Shown: positions 9,808 to 18,059 of the stretch, piece after piece
Layout of the letters: the number at the start of each line of letters is the position of its first letter
Numbering within the stretch: position 1 is the stretch's first letter
NCBI GenBank assembly: GCA_002418895.1
Contig: DIFA01000019.1
Span: forward strand, 21,891 to 85,890
Source of the DNA: Dehalococcoidia bacterium UBA5760
GTDB taxonomy: Bacteria; Chloroflexota; Dehalococcoidia; Dehalococcoidales; UBA5760
Length of the DNA: 64,000 bases
Direction of reading: 5' to 3'
The notes under the pieces: model-generated
What the model was told of the DNA's origin: nothing
The model's database searches: none
The model's input: only the letters and a program-made list of their open reading frames with translations
Program-made: the position numbers and the translations under genes

Positions 9808-10230
9808 CTACTTCTGGCACTTCGGGCATAGACCAAAGAAAGCAAGGTGCTTCATATTGACCCTGAAGCCGTATTTCTCTCTAATTTCGGTCCACAACGG
9901 GTTCAATATCGACTCTTCGACATCGACAGTTTTTCCACACTTCCCACAGACAAGGTGATGATGATGGCCTTTCCCAATACTGTGGTAGCGTACCCGCCCA
10001 TCGCCCAGGTCAGTCTCGGTAACCAGTCCCAGTTCCTTCAGTAGCTCCATAGTACGATAGACAGTAGAGATATTCATCTGGGGATAATGGTCACAGATCT
10101 GAGCATATATCTCCTCAGCACTGATATGACCATCCGTTTCCTCTACAGCTGTTAGTATCATTATACGCTGTGGTGTCAGTCGGTATCCTAACTCACCCAG
10201 TTTACGACCTATTGCTGTAGTTTGACTCAT
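9808..10230 (-). CDS. Fur family metalloregulator (Fur/Zur/PerR type not resolved)
   Basis: 140 aa with a winged-helix N-terminus, an HHHHLVCGKCG motif and a C-terminal CPKC motif. Confidence 0.85.
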   Translation of the reverse strand: MSQTTAIGRKLGELGYRLTPQRIMILTAVEETDGHISAEEIYAQICDHYPQMNISTVYRTMELLKELGLVTETDLGDGRVRYHSIGKGHHHHLVCGKCGKTVDVEESILNPLWTEIREKYGFRVNMKHLAFFGLCPKCQK

Positions 10231-10267
10231 TCGACTTTACCCTGCTTGATAGACTAACTATGAACAA

Positions 10268-10296
10268 ATTATAAACAAGAGATTAATTCATGGCAA
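10268..10296 (-). promoter_or_regulatory. candidate promoter of the fur-family gene
   Basis: The minus strand reads TTGCCA, a 17-nt spacer, then TATAAT. It is followed by the near-repeat TTGTTTATAAT / TTGTTCATAGT. Confidence 0.45.
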
Positions 10297-10330
10297 CAAA
10301 CAATGCAAGAGCAATTATACAGATGGGTCA

Positions 10331-10780
10331 TTAACGTTTATCACCGCTGTCTAGAATAATGGTTACCGGACCGTCATTATGAATCTCCACCTGCATATAT
10401 TGCTGAAAACGCCCGGTGGCTAAACTGAGTCCGGTATCACGAACTTCCTTGACAAAGTATTCGAAGAGTCCTTCAGCCCGGGATGGCGGTGCTGCCTCGG
10501 TAAAACTGGGGCGGCGCCCCCTCCTGGTATCTGACAGAAGAGTGAACTGGCTGATTATCAGTATTTCTCCGTTAATATCCAGAACGGAACGGCCGAACCT
10601 GCCCGCCTCGTCAGCAAAAATACGCAGATTCACTGCCTTCTGCGCCAGGTACTGCGCATCCTTTCCAGTATCACTATTAGCAATACCGATAAAGGCTACC
10701 AGCCCCTGCCCGATTTTACCCACTATCTCATTGTTGACACTGACCGCGGCACTGGTAACCCGTTGCAGGAGTGCCTTCAC
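10331..10780 (-). CDS. dtd: D-aminoacyl-tRNA deacylase
   Basis: 149 aa starting MKALLQRV, with SQFTL and GRRPSF motifs typical of Dtd. Confidence 0.9.
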   Translation of the reverse strand: MKALLQRVTSAAVSVNNEIVGKIGQGLVAFIGIANSDTGKDAQYLAQKAVNLRIFADEAGRFGRSVLDINGEILIISQFTLLSDTRRGRRPSFTEAAPPSRAEGLFEYFVKEVRDTGLSLATGRFQQYMQVEIHNDGPVTIILDSGDKR

Positions 10781-10794
10781 AACTACTTTCCCGT

Positions 10795-11019
10795 TTACTG
10801 TTTCTTAGCAGGTTTCTTCGCCGCTCCTGAGCTAACATCAGTATTACGGCTGTCGGTAACATAAAAACCGCTCCCCTTGAAAATGATGGGTGCAGAGTGA
10901 AAAACACGACGAACTTTTCCCTCGCACTGAGGACATATAGCTATCGGTTCTTCATCAAACCGCTGCCTTTTTTCAAAACGGAAGCTGCATTTATCACACT
11001 TATATTCATAGGTGGGCAT
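10795..11019 (-). CDS. FmdB-family zinc-ribbon protein
   Basis: MPTYEYKCDKCSFRFE...CPQCEG pattern. I chose the start at MPTYEY (ATG 11019). Confidence 0.8.
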   Translation of the reverse strand: MPTYEYKCDKCSFRFEKRQRFDEEPIAICPQCEGKVRRVFHSAPIIFKGSGFYVTDSRNTDVSSGAAKKPAKKQ

Positions 11020-11320
11020 CCACATCACCTCACGGATACTTGTATCACTGTCTCACTGGCTATTTTACACAAATAATCGCCATAAAGGCAAATTCAGGCG
11101 ATGCGGCATCGGTATCAATGATCAGTAGACCGAAATAGGCGCCAAAATTAAATTGATTCCCCCTAGACTTCGGGGTGAAAAAGGTGTAAAATTTAAGCGG
11201 TTAGCGGAGTGGATAAGTATATGTAGTTATGACCGTATTATCAGCGAAAGATTATCGGATAAAGAAGGCACCGGGCTAATTGATAGTCGGTGCTCTTCGC
11301 ATTTATAAGGAGGTGTAGTT

Positions 11321-11587
11321 ATGCAGTCAAGTCTGATTGGGAAAATCGAAAAGGCCAAGCGCTATGCCCAGGAAACCGACCGAATCAGCTTCTCCGATTT
11401 CTCAGTAGAATTCCGCGGAGAGAATGACAGCTACACTACGGGATATAAGGATGGCAAATGGCATTGCTCCTGCCACTTCTTTTCAAGCTGGGGGCTTTGT
11501 AGTCATACCATGGCACTGGAGAAGATTCTGGGCAATATGCTACCCGAGGAAGCCAGGATCACTCAGGAGCCCGTTAACCTGGGTTAA
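11321..11587 (+). CDS. small SWIM-type zinc-finger protein
   Basis: 88 aa with a strong SD (AAGGAGGTG) before the ATG. It carries the CxC-x10-CxH SWIM signature (CSCHFFSSWGLCSH). Confidence 0.6.
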   Translation: MQSSLIGKIEKAKRYAQETDRISFSDFSVEFRGENDSYTTGYKDGKWHCSCHFFSSWGLCSHTMALEKILGNMLPEEARITQEPVNLG

Positions 11588-11588
11588 G

Positions 11589-12941
11589 CTAAGCTCTGGG
11601 TTGCTCTCTTTTGCTTATCAAGCCGGTCCCTGATTCGGTTTGCTTGATTACCTCGGCCACCACGAACAGGGAGCCGGTAGCACAGACGAGATCTTCTGGC
11701 CCGGCCATTTTTACCACTAGCGATAACGCTTCGGGAATTGACTCTGTTGATCGTGCTTCTACGCCGTATTTTCTGAACTCAGCTTTCAGGCGATCCGGCT
11801 CCATCGCCCGGGGATGGGCAGAACGAGTAACGATCACCCTGTCGAAAGCGGGCGCCAACTCAGAGACAACACCGGCAACATCCTTGTCCGAAGAAGCTCC
11901 CATAACCAGGACACTTCGTTTGAAGTCGAAGTATACTTTTAGTGACTGCCTTAACCTTCGGGCAGCATCAGGGTTATGGGCTCCGTCAACGACCAGCAGC
12001 GGCTGGCGATTCAGTATCTGAAGCCGCCCTGCCCAGCTTGTCGCTGCCAGTCCCCTGGTAATACTATCCCGGGAAAGACTGAAACCCTTTACCGATAACA
12101 CCTCCAAGGAAGCTAATGCCGTAGCGGCATTCTCTAACTGGTACTGGCCGAGAAGAGAAATGGCTAGTTCGTAGCTGTCCAGTCTCCCCTCGACACGGAG
12201 TAGCTGTCTATTGCCATCAAAACCAAGGTTTCGCCAGGTAATATCTTTGCCTACCATAACCAGCTCCGCTTTCTGATCTCGGCACGCTGCTACTATTACC
12301 GGTGCCACCTGATCGAACTGTGGGGCAAGTACCAGCGTGCCGTCAGGCTTGATGATACCCGCCTTTTCCTGGGCAATTTTGGCCAGTGAGTTCCCCAGCA
12401 CTGCCATGTGATCAAGACTGATTGAAGTAATAACACTGACCTCCGGCAGAATCACGTTGGTAGCATCGAACTTGCCCCCCATCCCCACCTCCAGCACCTG
12501 AAAATCAACCCCCTTGAGCTTGAAATAGGTAAAAGCGAGAGCGGTCAGCAACTCAAAGGTAGTCAGTTGGCCATGGTCAGCTTGCTGATTTACACGCTCG
12601 ACCTCTGGTTTCATCTCATTTACTATGGAGGTGAGCTCATCTTCGGTGATCAACGTACCGTCAACCCTGAAGCGTTCCCTTATCGTATTAAGGTGCGGGG
12701 AGCTATAGAATCCTGTCCGATAACCCGAGGTGGTAAGGGCCGAGGCAATCATCGCAGAGGTACTCCCTTTGCCGTTGGTACCACCAACATGGACTGACCG
12801 GGCTGATAAATGCGGGTTGCCTAGTCGTGCCAGCAGTTCTTCAACACGTCTCAGGTCATAATGAGCCAGGGCATGCGGCATCGGTATCTTCTCATAGTCA
12901 ATATGACTATAAAGGTAGTCCAGTGCCTGTTGATAGTCCAT
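11589..12941 (-). CDS. folC: bifunctional folylpolyglutamate synthase / dihydrofolate synthase
   Basis: Mur-ligase family with a GTNGKGST P-loop. The N-terminus MDYQQALDYLYS is typical of FolC. The alternative upstream ATG at 12992 cannot be excluded. Confidence 0.85.
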   Translation of the reverse strand: MDYQQALDYLYSHIDYEKIPMPHALAHYDLRRVEELLARLGNPHLSARSVHVGGTNGKGSTSAMIASALTTSGYRTGFYSSPHLNTIRERFRVDGTLITEDELTSIVNEMKPEVERVNQQADHGQLTTFELLTALAFTYFKLKGVDFQVLEVGMGGKFDATNVILPEVSVITSISLDHMAVLGNSLAKIAQEKAGIIKPDGTLVLAPQFDQVAPVIVAACRDQKAELVMVGKDITWRNLGFDGNRQLLRVEGRLDSYELAISLLGQYQLENAATALASLEVLSVKGFSLSRDSITRGLAATSWAGRLQILNRQPLLVVDGAHNPDAARRLRQSLKVYFDFKRSVLVMGASSDKDVAGVVSELAPAFDRVIVTRSAHPRAMEPDRLKAEFRKYGVEARSTESIPEALSLVVKMAGPEDLVCATGSLFVVAEVIKQTESGTGLISKREQPRA

Positions 12942-13066
12942 TATAATCCGACGAAAGGAGTCTAAGAGGTTATCCACCAAGTTTACCGCCATTATAGCAC
13001 TTGACGCTAAGCAACGGCTACTGGTACTATCACCTTACGCGGTTGAACCGCTTATTAAGGAATGAA

Positions 13067-13876
13067 ATGAACTTTATTGAAAGGTTGACCGAAGCTGCTC
13101 ACAGGAACAAGAGCCTTGTCTGTATCGGGCTTGACCCTGACTCGCAGTTGATGCCCCGGAACAGGAGTGTCTTCGAATTTAACCGGGCAATTATCGAAGC
13201 TACTGCTGATCTGGTTTGCGCCTACAAGGTCAATTTCGCTTTCTATGAAGCTATGGCTGACGGGGGGTTCGACACCCTGAAACGTACCATCAGGTATATC
13301 CCTGATGGCATACCGGTTATCGGTGATGCTAAGCGCAGTGATATCGGTAATACGGCAAGGGCCTATGCCAGGGCTATCTTCGATAACCTCAACTGTGATG
13401 CCGCCACCGTAAATCCCTATCTTGGCTTTGACTCGATAGAGCCGTTTATTAACTACCGAGACAAAGGCGTATTCATCCTGTGCCGGACATCAAATACCGG
13501 TGCTCTGGACTTCCAGTCACTGCGCTGTGATGAGACGGAAACAGGGAGCCATGCTCTGTTTGAACTGGTTGCCCGAAAGGCCGCAATATGGAACAAGTAC
13601 GGTAATATCGGGCTGGTAATCGGCGCTACTTATCCTGAGGAACTGAAGATCATCCGTGAGGCCCACCCCGATATGCCTCTCCTTGTGCCAGGCATTGGCG
13701 CCCAGGGCGGGGACCTCGCCCTGGCAATCCGTTACGGGATCGACGCCCAGAGCGAGAGGATTATTATCAATTCATCACGGCAGATACTATATGCCTCAGC
13801 GAATGACGATTTTGCGGAGGCAGCCCGGCGGGCGGCCTCATCACTGCGCGAACAGATTAATTCCTGTCTGCCTTGA
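13067..13876 (+). CDS. pyrF: orotidine 5'-phosphate decarboxylase (type 2)
   Basis: NKSLVCIGLDPD, DAKRSDIGNT and PGIGAQGG motifs. I moved the start to ATG 13067 (MNFIERL). Confidence 0.88.
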   Translation: MNFIERLTEAAHRNKSLVCIGLDPDSQLMPRNRSVFEFNRAIIEATADLVCAYKVNFAFYEAMADGGFDTLKRTIRYIPDGIPVIGDAKRSDIGNTARAYARAIFDNLNCDAATVNPYLGFDSIEPFINYRDKGVFILCRTSNTGALDFQSLRCDETETGSHALFELVARKAAIWNKYGNIGLVIGATYPEELKIIREAHPDMPLLVPGIGAQGGDLALAIRYGIDAQSERIIINSSRQILYASANDDFAEAARRAASSLREQINSCLP

Positions 13877-13894
13877 TTTCCCAGAACAGGCGTA

Positions 13895-14086
13895 ATGACT
13901 ATCGAAATAAAACTGGGCGATGTGGTTCGCCTCAAGAAAAAGCACCCCTGTGGCAGCTACGAGTGGCAGGTAGTCAGACTCGGAGCTGACATCGGAGTCA
14001 GGTGCCTTAAGTGCCAGCGTCAAATCCTCCTTAAACGCAGTATCTTCGAGCACAGGGTAGTAGCCTTTATTTCCCGGGGAGACTGA
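13895..14086 (+). CDS. DUF951 family protein
   Basis: 63 aa with the KKKHPCGSYEWQVVRLGADIGVRCLKCQRQILL pattern recalled for DUF951. Confidence 0.75.
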   Translation: MTIEIKLGDVVRLKKKHPCGSYEWQVVRLGADIGVRCLKCQRQILLKRSIFEHRVVAFISRGD

Positions 14087-14162
14087 TGACTCACCGCTAT
14101 ACTCGTACAAAAGCCGGGTTAAAACCGACTGGTAGAGAGATCTGGTAGAACCAGCCAAATGC

Positions 14163-14624
14163 CTACATCCTCCTGCATTCTTCACGAATTTCGATAACCA
14201 TACCCCCGGGACTGGTATCGAAATAGCACCAGCGACATCCCTCAAATACAGCCGCCAAGAGCAATGTTTGCCCCTGCTTCTGCAGTTTTGTTACTATTTC
14301 ATCATAATTAGATACACCATAAGCGATGTGATGTATCCCCTCGCCCTTATCTCTAATGAAATCGGCCCAGATCGATTGTTCATCGAGTGGCTGAAGCAAT
14401 TCTATCGAGTGTGCACCCAACCTAATAAAAACGAGCCTGACCTTAAATGGTTTACCAACAACCAACTCTCCAGATCTGGCTTCGTAGTCGATAACATCGG
14501 GAGTACCGATATCCCATATAGAAGAAATGAACCTGGTACTTTTCTCGGCATTTTTTACGGCGACCCCCAGGTGAACGACACTGGGCAACAGAATAGACCC
14601 TTTATCCAGTTTCCACTGTAACAC
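14163..14624 (-). CDS. VOC (glyoxalase/bleomycin-resistance/dioxygenase) family protein
   Basis: 153 aa with VHLGVAV...IELLQP...GEGIHHIAY, typical of the VOC / methylmalonyl-CoA-epimerase-like fold. Confidence 0.7.
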   Translation of the reverse strand: MLQWKLDKGSILLPSVVHLGVAVKNAEKSTRFISSIWDIGTPDVIDYEARSGELVVGKPFKVRLVFIRLGAHSIELLQPLDEQSIWADFIRDKGEGIHHIAYGVSNYDEIVTKLQKQGQTLLLAAVFEGCRWCYFDTSPGGMVIEIREECRRM

Positions 14625-14726
14625 CTTACTAACCCCCTTTGGTCAATGATCAACATGACAAACTCAAGGTATTGTTTCTCAGGAAAAGGCACCCCTTCAT
14701 ACGCCGATTCTATCGCAGTAAGAGAC

Positions 14727-15251
14727 CTAAAACACACCGGCATGGGGAGGGGTAAGCTGGGCTATCATCTCTTTACGGTCAGGATATTCCTGTACCAGCC
14801 GATTGCGCTCACCAGCTTCGTAGTCGGTAGAATCGAAGGCGGGTGCCATAGTAGTACCCAACAGGGCAAAACTCCCCCCTCTCTTTAAGAAGGAACCCTG
14901 CCATACTCCCCTGGGTACAGTAAACTGAACCTGTTCCCCATTATCTATCGCTGTCCCCAGGACTATCAAACGTGACATGCCATCGGGGTATAGATTAAGC
15001 ATAATGACAGGATCGCCGCAGTAAAAGTGATAGGTCTCATCAGTAGGCAGCCGGTGGAGCCGGGAACAGGTATCCGGTATCAGCAGATAGTATATTGCGG
15101 TGGCGAAAGATTTTCCGTTAGTATACCTGTCCGGTAGCGCATCAAGAGAAACATTTTCTACCGAGCGGTAGGTTTCCCGATAAAAACCGCCCTCTTCCGG
15201 AAGAGGTTTCAAACCCAGAGCCCTTATTATCTCATCCGCTGATAACATCAT
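14727..15251 (-). CDS. cupin domain protein (DUF985-like)
   Basis: 174 aa with LGLKPLPEEGGFYRETYRS and a later HRL...DETYHFY cupin pattern. Confidence 0.7.
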   Translation of the reverse strand: MMLSADEIIRALGLKPLPEEGGFYRETYRSVENVSLDALPDRYTNGKSFATAIYYLLIPDTCSRLHRLPTDETYHFYCGDPVIMLNLYPDGMSRLIVLGTAIDNGEQVQFTVPRGVWQGSFLKRGGSFALLGTTMAPAFDSTDYEAGERNRLVQEYPDRKEMIAQLTPPHAGVF

Positions 15252-15380
15252 TAACCAATCAACTTACGCGGCATCTAATATAACACTTAACCTGATTTTA
15301 GACAAATCGCCTGCTTGTGTTTCCATCTTAGTAATGGATATAATAGGTCAAATCAGTCCTATTGAGAGGAGTAGTCTAAG

Positions 15381-16322
15381 ATGCCGCTATATGCCTATTT
15401 TAACAAGCAATTTGTTCCTATGGCTGAAGCCAGACTAGGAGTTATGACTCATTGCCTGCACTATGGCACCGGTGTTTTCGAGGGCATTCGCGGTAATTGG
15501 AATAGTGATGAGCGGCAGCTTTATATCTTCCGTCTCAACGAACACTACCAAAGACTGCTTAACGGCTGCCGTGTGCTTAATATCGATCTGTTCCATACTA
15601 TTGACAAGCTCTGTCAGATCACTGTGGAGTTGATAGAAAAGTGTGGTTTTGAGGAGGACATATACGTCCGTCCTTTAGCCTATAAGAGCTCAGAGGCACT
15701 GGGTGTTCGGTTGCATAATCTGGATGATGCCTTCATGGTCTTTGCCTTCCCCTGGGGACCATATTTGGATACGAACGGGGTGAAGTGTATAGTTTCTTCC
15801 TGGCGTCGCCCCAGTGAGACACCACAGGCTAAAATTACCGGCCTTTACGTAAACAATGCTCTGGCTAAGACCGAAGCTGTCAAGAATGATTATCACGAGG
15901 CGATTATGCTTACTGCCAGCGGCTATGTCTCCGAGGGGAGTGGTGAGAACATCTTTCTGGTCCAAAACGGCGAACTGGTGACGCCGGGCGTCGATGATCT
16001 TATGGTAGTAGGAATTACCCGTGACGCTGTAATGAAGATGGCACGCAACGAACTGGGTATAGAGACCACAGAACGGCATATCAATCGTAGTGAACTCTAC
16101 ACCGCCAGCGAATGCTTTTTGACCGGAACAGCAGCCAATATCACCCCGGTGGTTGAGATAGATGGGCGTAAGATAGGCAGCGGCAAGGCAGGTGAGATAA
16201 CCAATAAATTGCAAAAAGCCTACTCTAACGTAATAAAAGGGCAAAACCACAGATACTGTGAGTGGTGCACCCCGGTCTATAAAAACGGGCCGGCAACAAA
16301 AGGCCGACAGGCTATTCCCTGA
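15381..16322 (+). CDS. ilvE: branched-chain amino acid aminotransferase (class IV)
   Basis: 313 aa with HYGTGVFEGIRGNW, EAIMLT and SEGSGENIF motifs. Confidence 0.88.
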   Translation: MPLYAYFNKQFVPMAEARLGVMTHCLHYGTGVFEGIRGNWNSDERQLYIFRLNEHYQRLLNGCRVLNIDLFHTIDKLCQITVELIEKCGFEEDIYVRPLAYKSSEALGVRLHNLDDAFMVFAFPWGPYLDTNGVKCIVSSWRRPSETPQAKITGLYVNNALAKTEAVKNDYHEAIMLTASGYVSEGSGENIFLVQNGELVTPGVDDLMVVGITRDAVMKMARNELGIETTERHINRSELYTASECFLTGTAANITPVVEIDGRKIGSGKAGEITNKLQKAYSNVIKGQNHRYCEWCTPVYKNGPATKGRQAIP

Positions 16323-16881
16323 CCTCGCTCACCTTCAACGACCGCAACAGGCAAAGGACCTGGCAGCTTGCCTCAAAAAGAGTGGTGTAGTTATGGGCTT
16401 CTTCCAGCAACTGACCGATAGCAAAGCTACCGTGACCACGAACCATAACAATATGATATTGCATAAGTGCTTCAGCAATGATATCAGCTAATCCACCCGG
16501 TTTTACTTCCATATTCCAACCGAGAACAGGAACACGCTCCATTAATGGAGATACCTCGCTACAATTGGGGGTAATCTCGGTTTCCATTAACGACATAGCA
16601 ACAGCATGCGGCGGATGGGCATGAACAATGGCTAATGCCGAGGTTGCGCGATAGATAGCCCGGTGGACGGGCAGTTCGCTCGATGCAAGCGGTGTAAAAC
16701 GATCGTTTTTGTCTATTCCAGTCTCTATCAGATCGTTTTCCTCCAGACAGCCAAGCATACCTCCACGGCGTGTAATCACGAGGCGGTCTCCCATTCTGAC
16801 ACTCAGGTTCCCGCTGTTGGAGCAGACCAGACCGCGACTACAAAGGTCACGACCTGTACTTTGAAACTGGCCTAGGAGCAT
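16312..16881 (-). CDS. class II aldolase/adducin family protein
   Basis: SGNLSVRMGDRLVITRRG and HRAIY...IVHAHPPHA motifs. I chose the start at internal ATG 16881, preceded by AAGGGTG. The track start at 16935 is a GTG without an SD. Confidence 0.75.
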   Translation of the reverse strand: MLLGQFQSTGRDLCSRGLVCSNSGNLSVRMGDRLVITRRGGMLGCLEENDLIETGIDKNDRFTPLASSELPVHRAIYRATSALAIVHAHPPHAVAMSLMETEITPNCSEVSPLMERVPVLGWNMEVKPGGLADIIAEALMQYHIVMVRGHGSFAIGQLLEEAHNYTTLFEASCQVLCLLRSLKVSEVRE

Positions 16882-16995
16882 ATCACCCTTTCTCTCTTCC
16901 GGTGCCGACCTTACGATATTGTCAGACCGTACCACTTTAGTGTATACCAGCCACCTACTAGTTTATACCTACTTAGCGATAGACATCAAATCAGA

Positions 16996-17649
16996 CTATC
17001 TGCCCGGACCAAGCTGCCTGATAACGGTAATTACTCTACCCTGAACTTCCACGTTATCAGGTTCGACATATATTGGCTTCATCCTGGTATTGGCTGGCTG
17101 CAGCCGTATTTTCCCGGCTTCAGCATAGAATTTCTTTAAAGTTGCTTCTCTCTCTGCCTTAAGCCAAACAGCAGCCACCTCGCCGTTATCCACGGCATTG
17201 ACATACTCCATCAGCACAATATCACCATCGCTGACCAGAGCATCCACCATTGACCACCCCCTCACTCTTAGAGCATAAATCCCATCGCGCCCCCGGGTCA
17301 AGTCTCTGGTCACCTCTATAGTTTCTGCAAAAGCAGCCGTATCCCAGGTATCGGAGGTAGGTACCGGTATCGGCTTCCCTGCCGCTATTTGACCGATAAC
17401 GGGTACCAACAACCGATATTTGAAATGCGTGGAATGAGCAACCAGCCCAATACCACGAGCTATTTCGCCGTGACGATGAATGTACCCGTTCCTTTCCAGA
17501 ATATCCAGGTTATATTTGACCACTGATGTCGAACTGATTGCACATCCACTGGCAATATCCCTGATAGTAGGTGGATAGCCCCTATCTCCCACAAAACGAT
17601 AAATAAAGTCGATAATCTGTTGTGGTTTAGATGATAGTTCCTTTACCAT
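16996..17649 (-). CDS. lexA: LexA repressor
   Basis: N-terminal winged HTH (YPPTIRDIA), an AAGKPIP cleavage-site region, and the GWSM...K S24 peptidase dyad. Confidence 0.9.
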   Translation of the reverse strand: MVKELSSKPQQIIDFIYRFVGDRGYPPTIRDIASGCAISSTSVVKYNLDILERNGYIHRHGEIARGIGLVAHSTHFKYRLLVPVIGQIAAGKPIPVPTSDTWDTAAFAETIEVTRDLTRGRDGIYALRVRGWSMVDALVSDGDIVLMEYVNAVDNGEVAAVWLKAEREATLKKFYAEAGKIRLQPANTRMKPIYVEPDNVEVQGRVITVIRQLGPGR

Positions 17650-17676
17650 ATACCCTTCCAGGAAATCCGCATAAAA

Positions 17677-17690
17677 CGAACATCAGTTCT
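17677..17690. promoter_or_regulatory. SOS box (GAAC-N4-GTTC type LexA operator)
   Basis: CGAACATCAGTTCT, a perfect GAAC-N4-GTTC palindrome. It lies about 27 nt upstream of the lexA ATG and just downstream of a TTGACA-N15-TATTAT promoter-like element at 17699-17725. Confidence 0.7.
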
Positions 17691-17763
17691 ACACCACCAT
17701 AATACCAAACGTAGCCTGTTGTCAATACCAACGGCTATGATTCTTAAGAAGTTCTATATTTGG

Positions 17764-18051
17764 CTAACCTTCCGTTGCAGACATGGCCTGTGCCTGATTG
17801 AGCTTCTTCGTCAGGCGCGATTTACGTCGGGCAGCATTATTAGCGTGTATGATCCCTTTCTCAGACGCTTTATCCAGAACACTGACCGCGTCTACCACCG
17901 CCTCCCGACCCAGATTAAGCTCTCCGGATAAGATGAGCTTCTCGGCTTTGCTTATCTTGGTCTTGCATAAACTGCGAATGGATTTATTGCGGAACTGTCT
18001 CCTTTTGGAAGCCCGCACCTCTTTTTGAGCTGATTTACTGTGTGGCAACAT
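17764..18051 (-). CDS. rpsT: 30S ribosomal protein S20
   Basis: 95 aa, basic, with HSKSAQKEVRASKRRQFRNKS, typical of S20. Confidence 0.9.
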   Translation of the reverse strand: MLPHSKSAQKEVRASKRRQFRNKSIRSLCKTKISKAEKLILSGELNLGREAVVDAVSVLDKASEKGIIHANNAARRKSRLTKKLNQAQAMSATEG

Positions 18052-18059
18052 CTACCTCC

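Noticed and set aside
13841-14245. 134-aa minus-strand ORF overlapping the DUF951 gene
   Set aside because: The opposite-strand 63-aa ORF matches the recalled DUF951 pattern (HPCG...GADI...C..C). The 134-aa frame has no motif and overlaps two genes.
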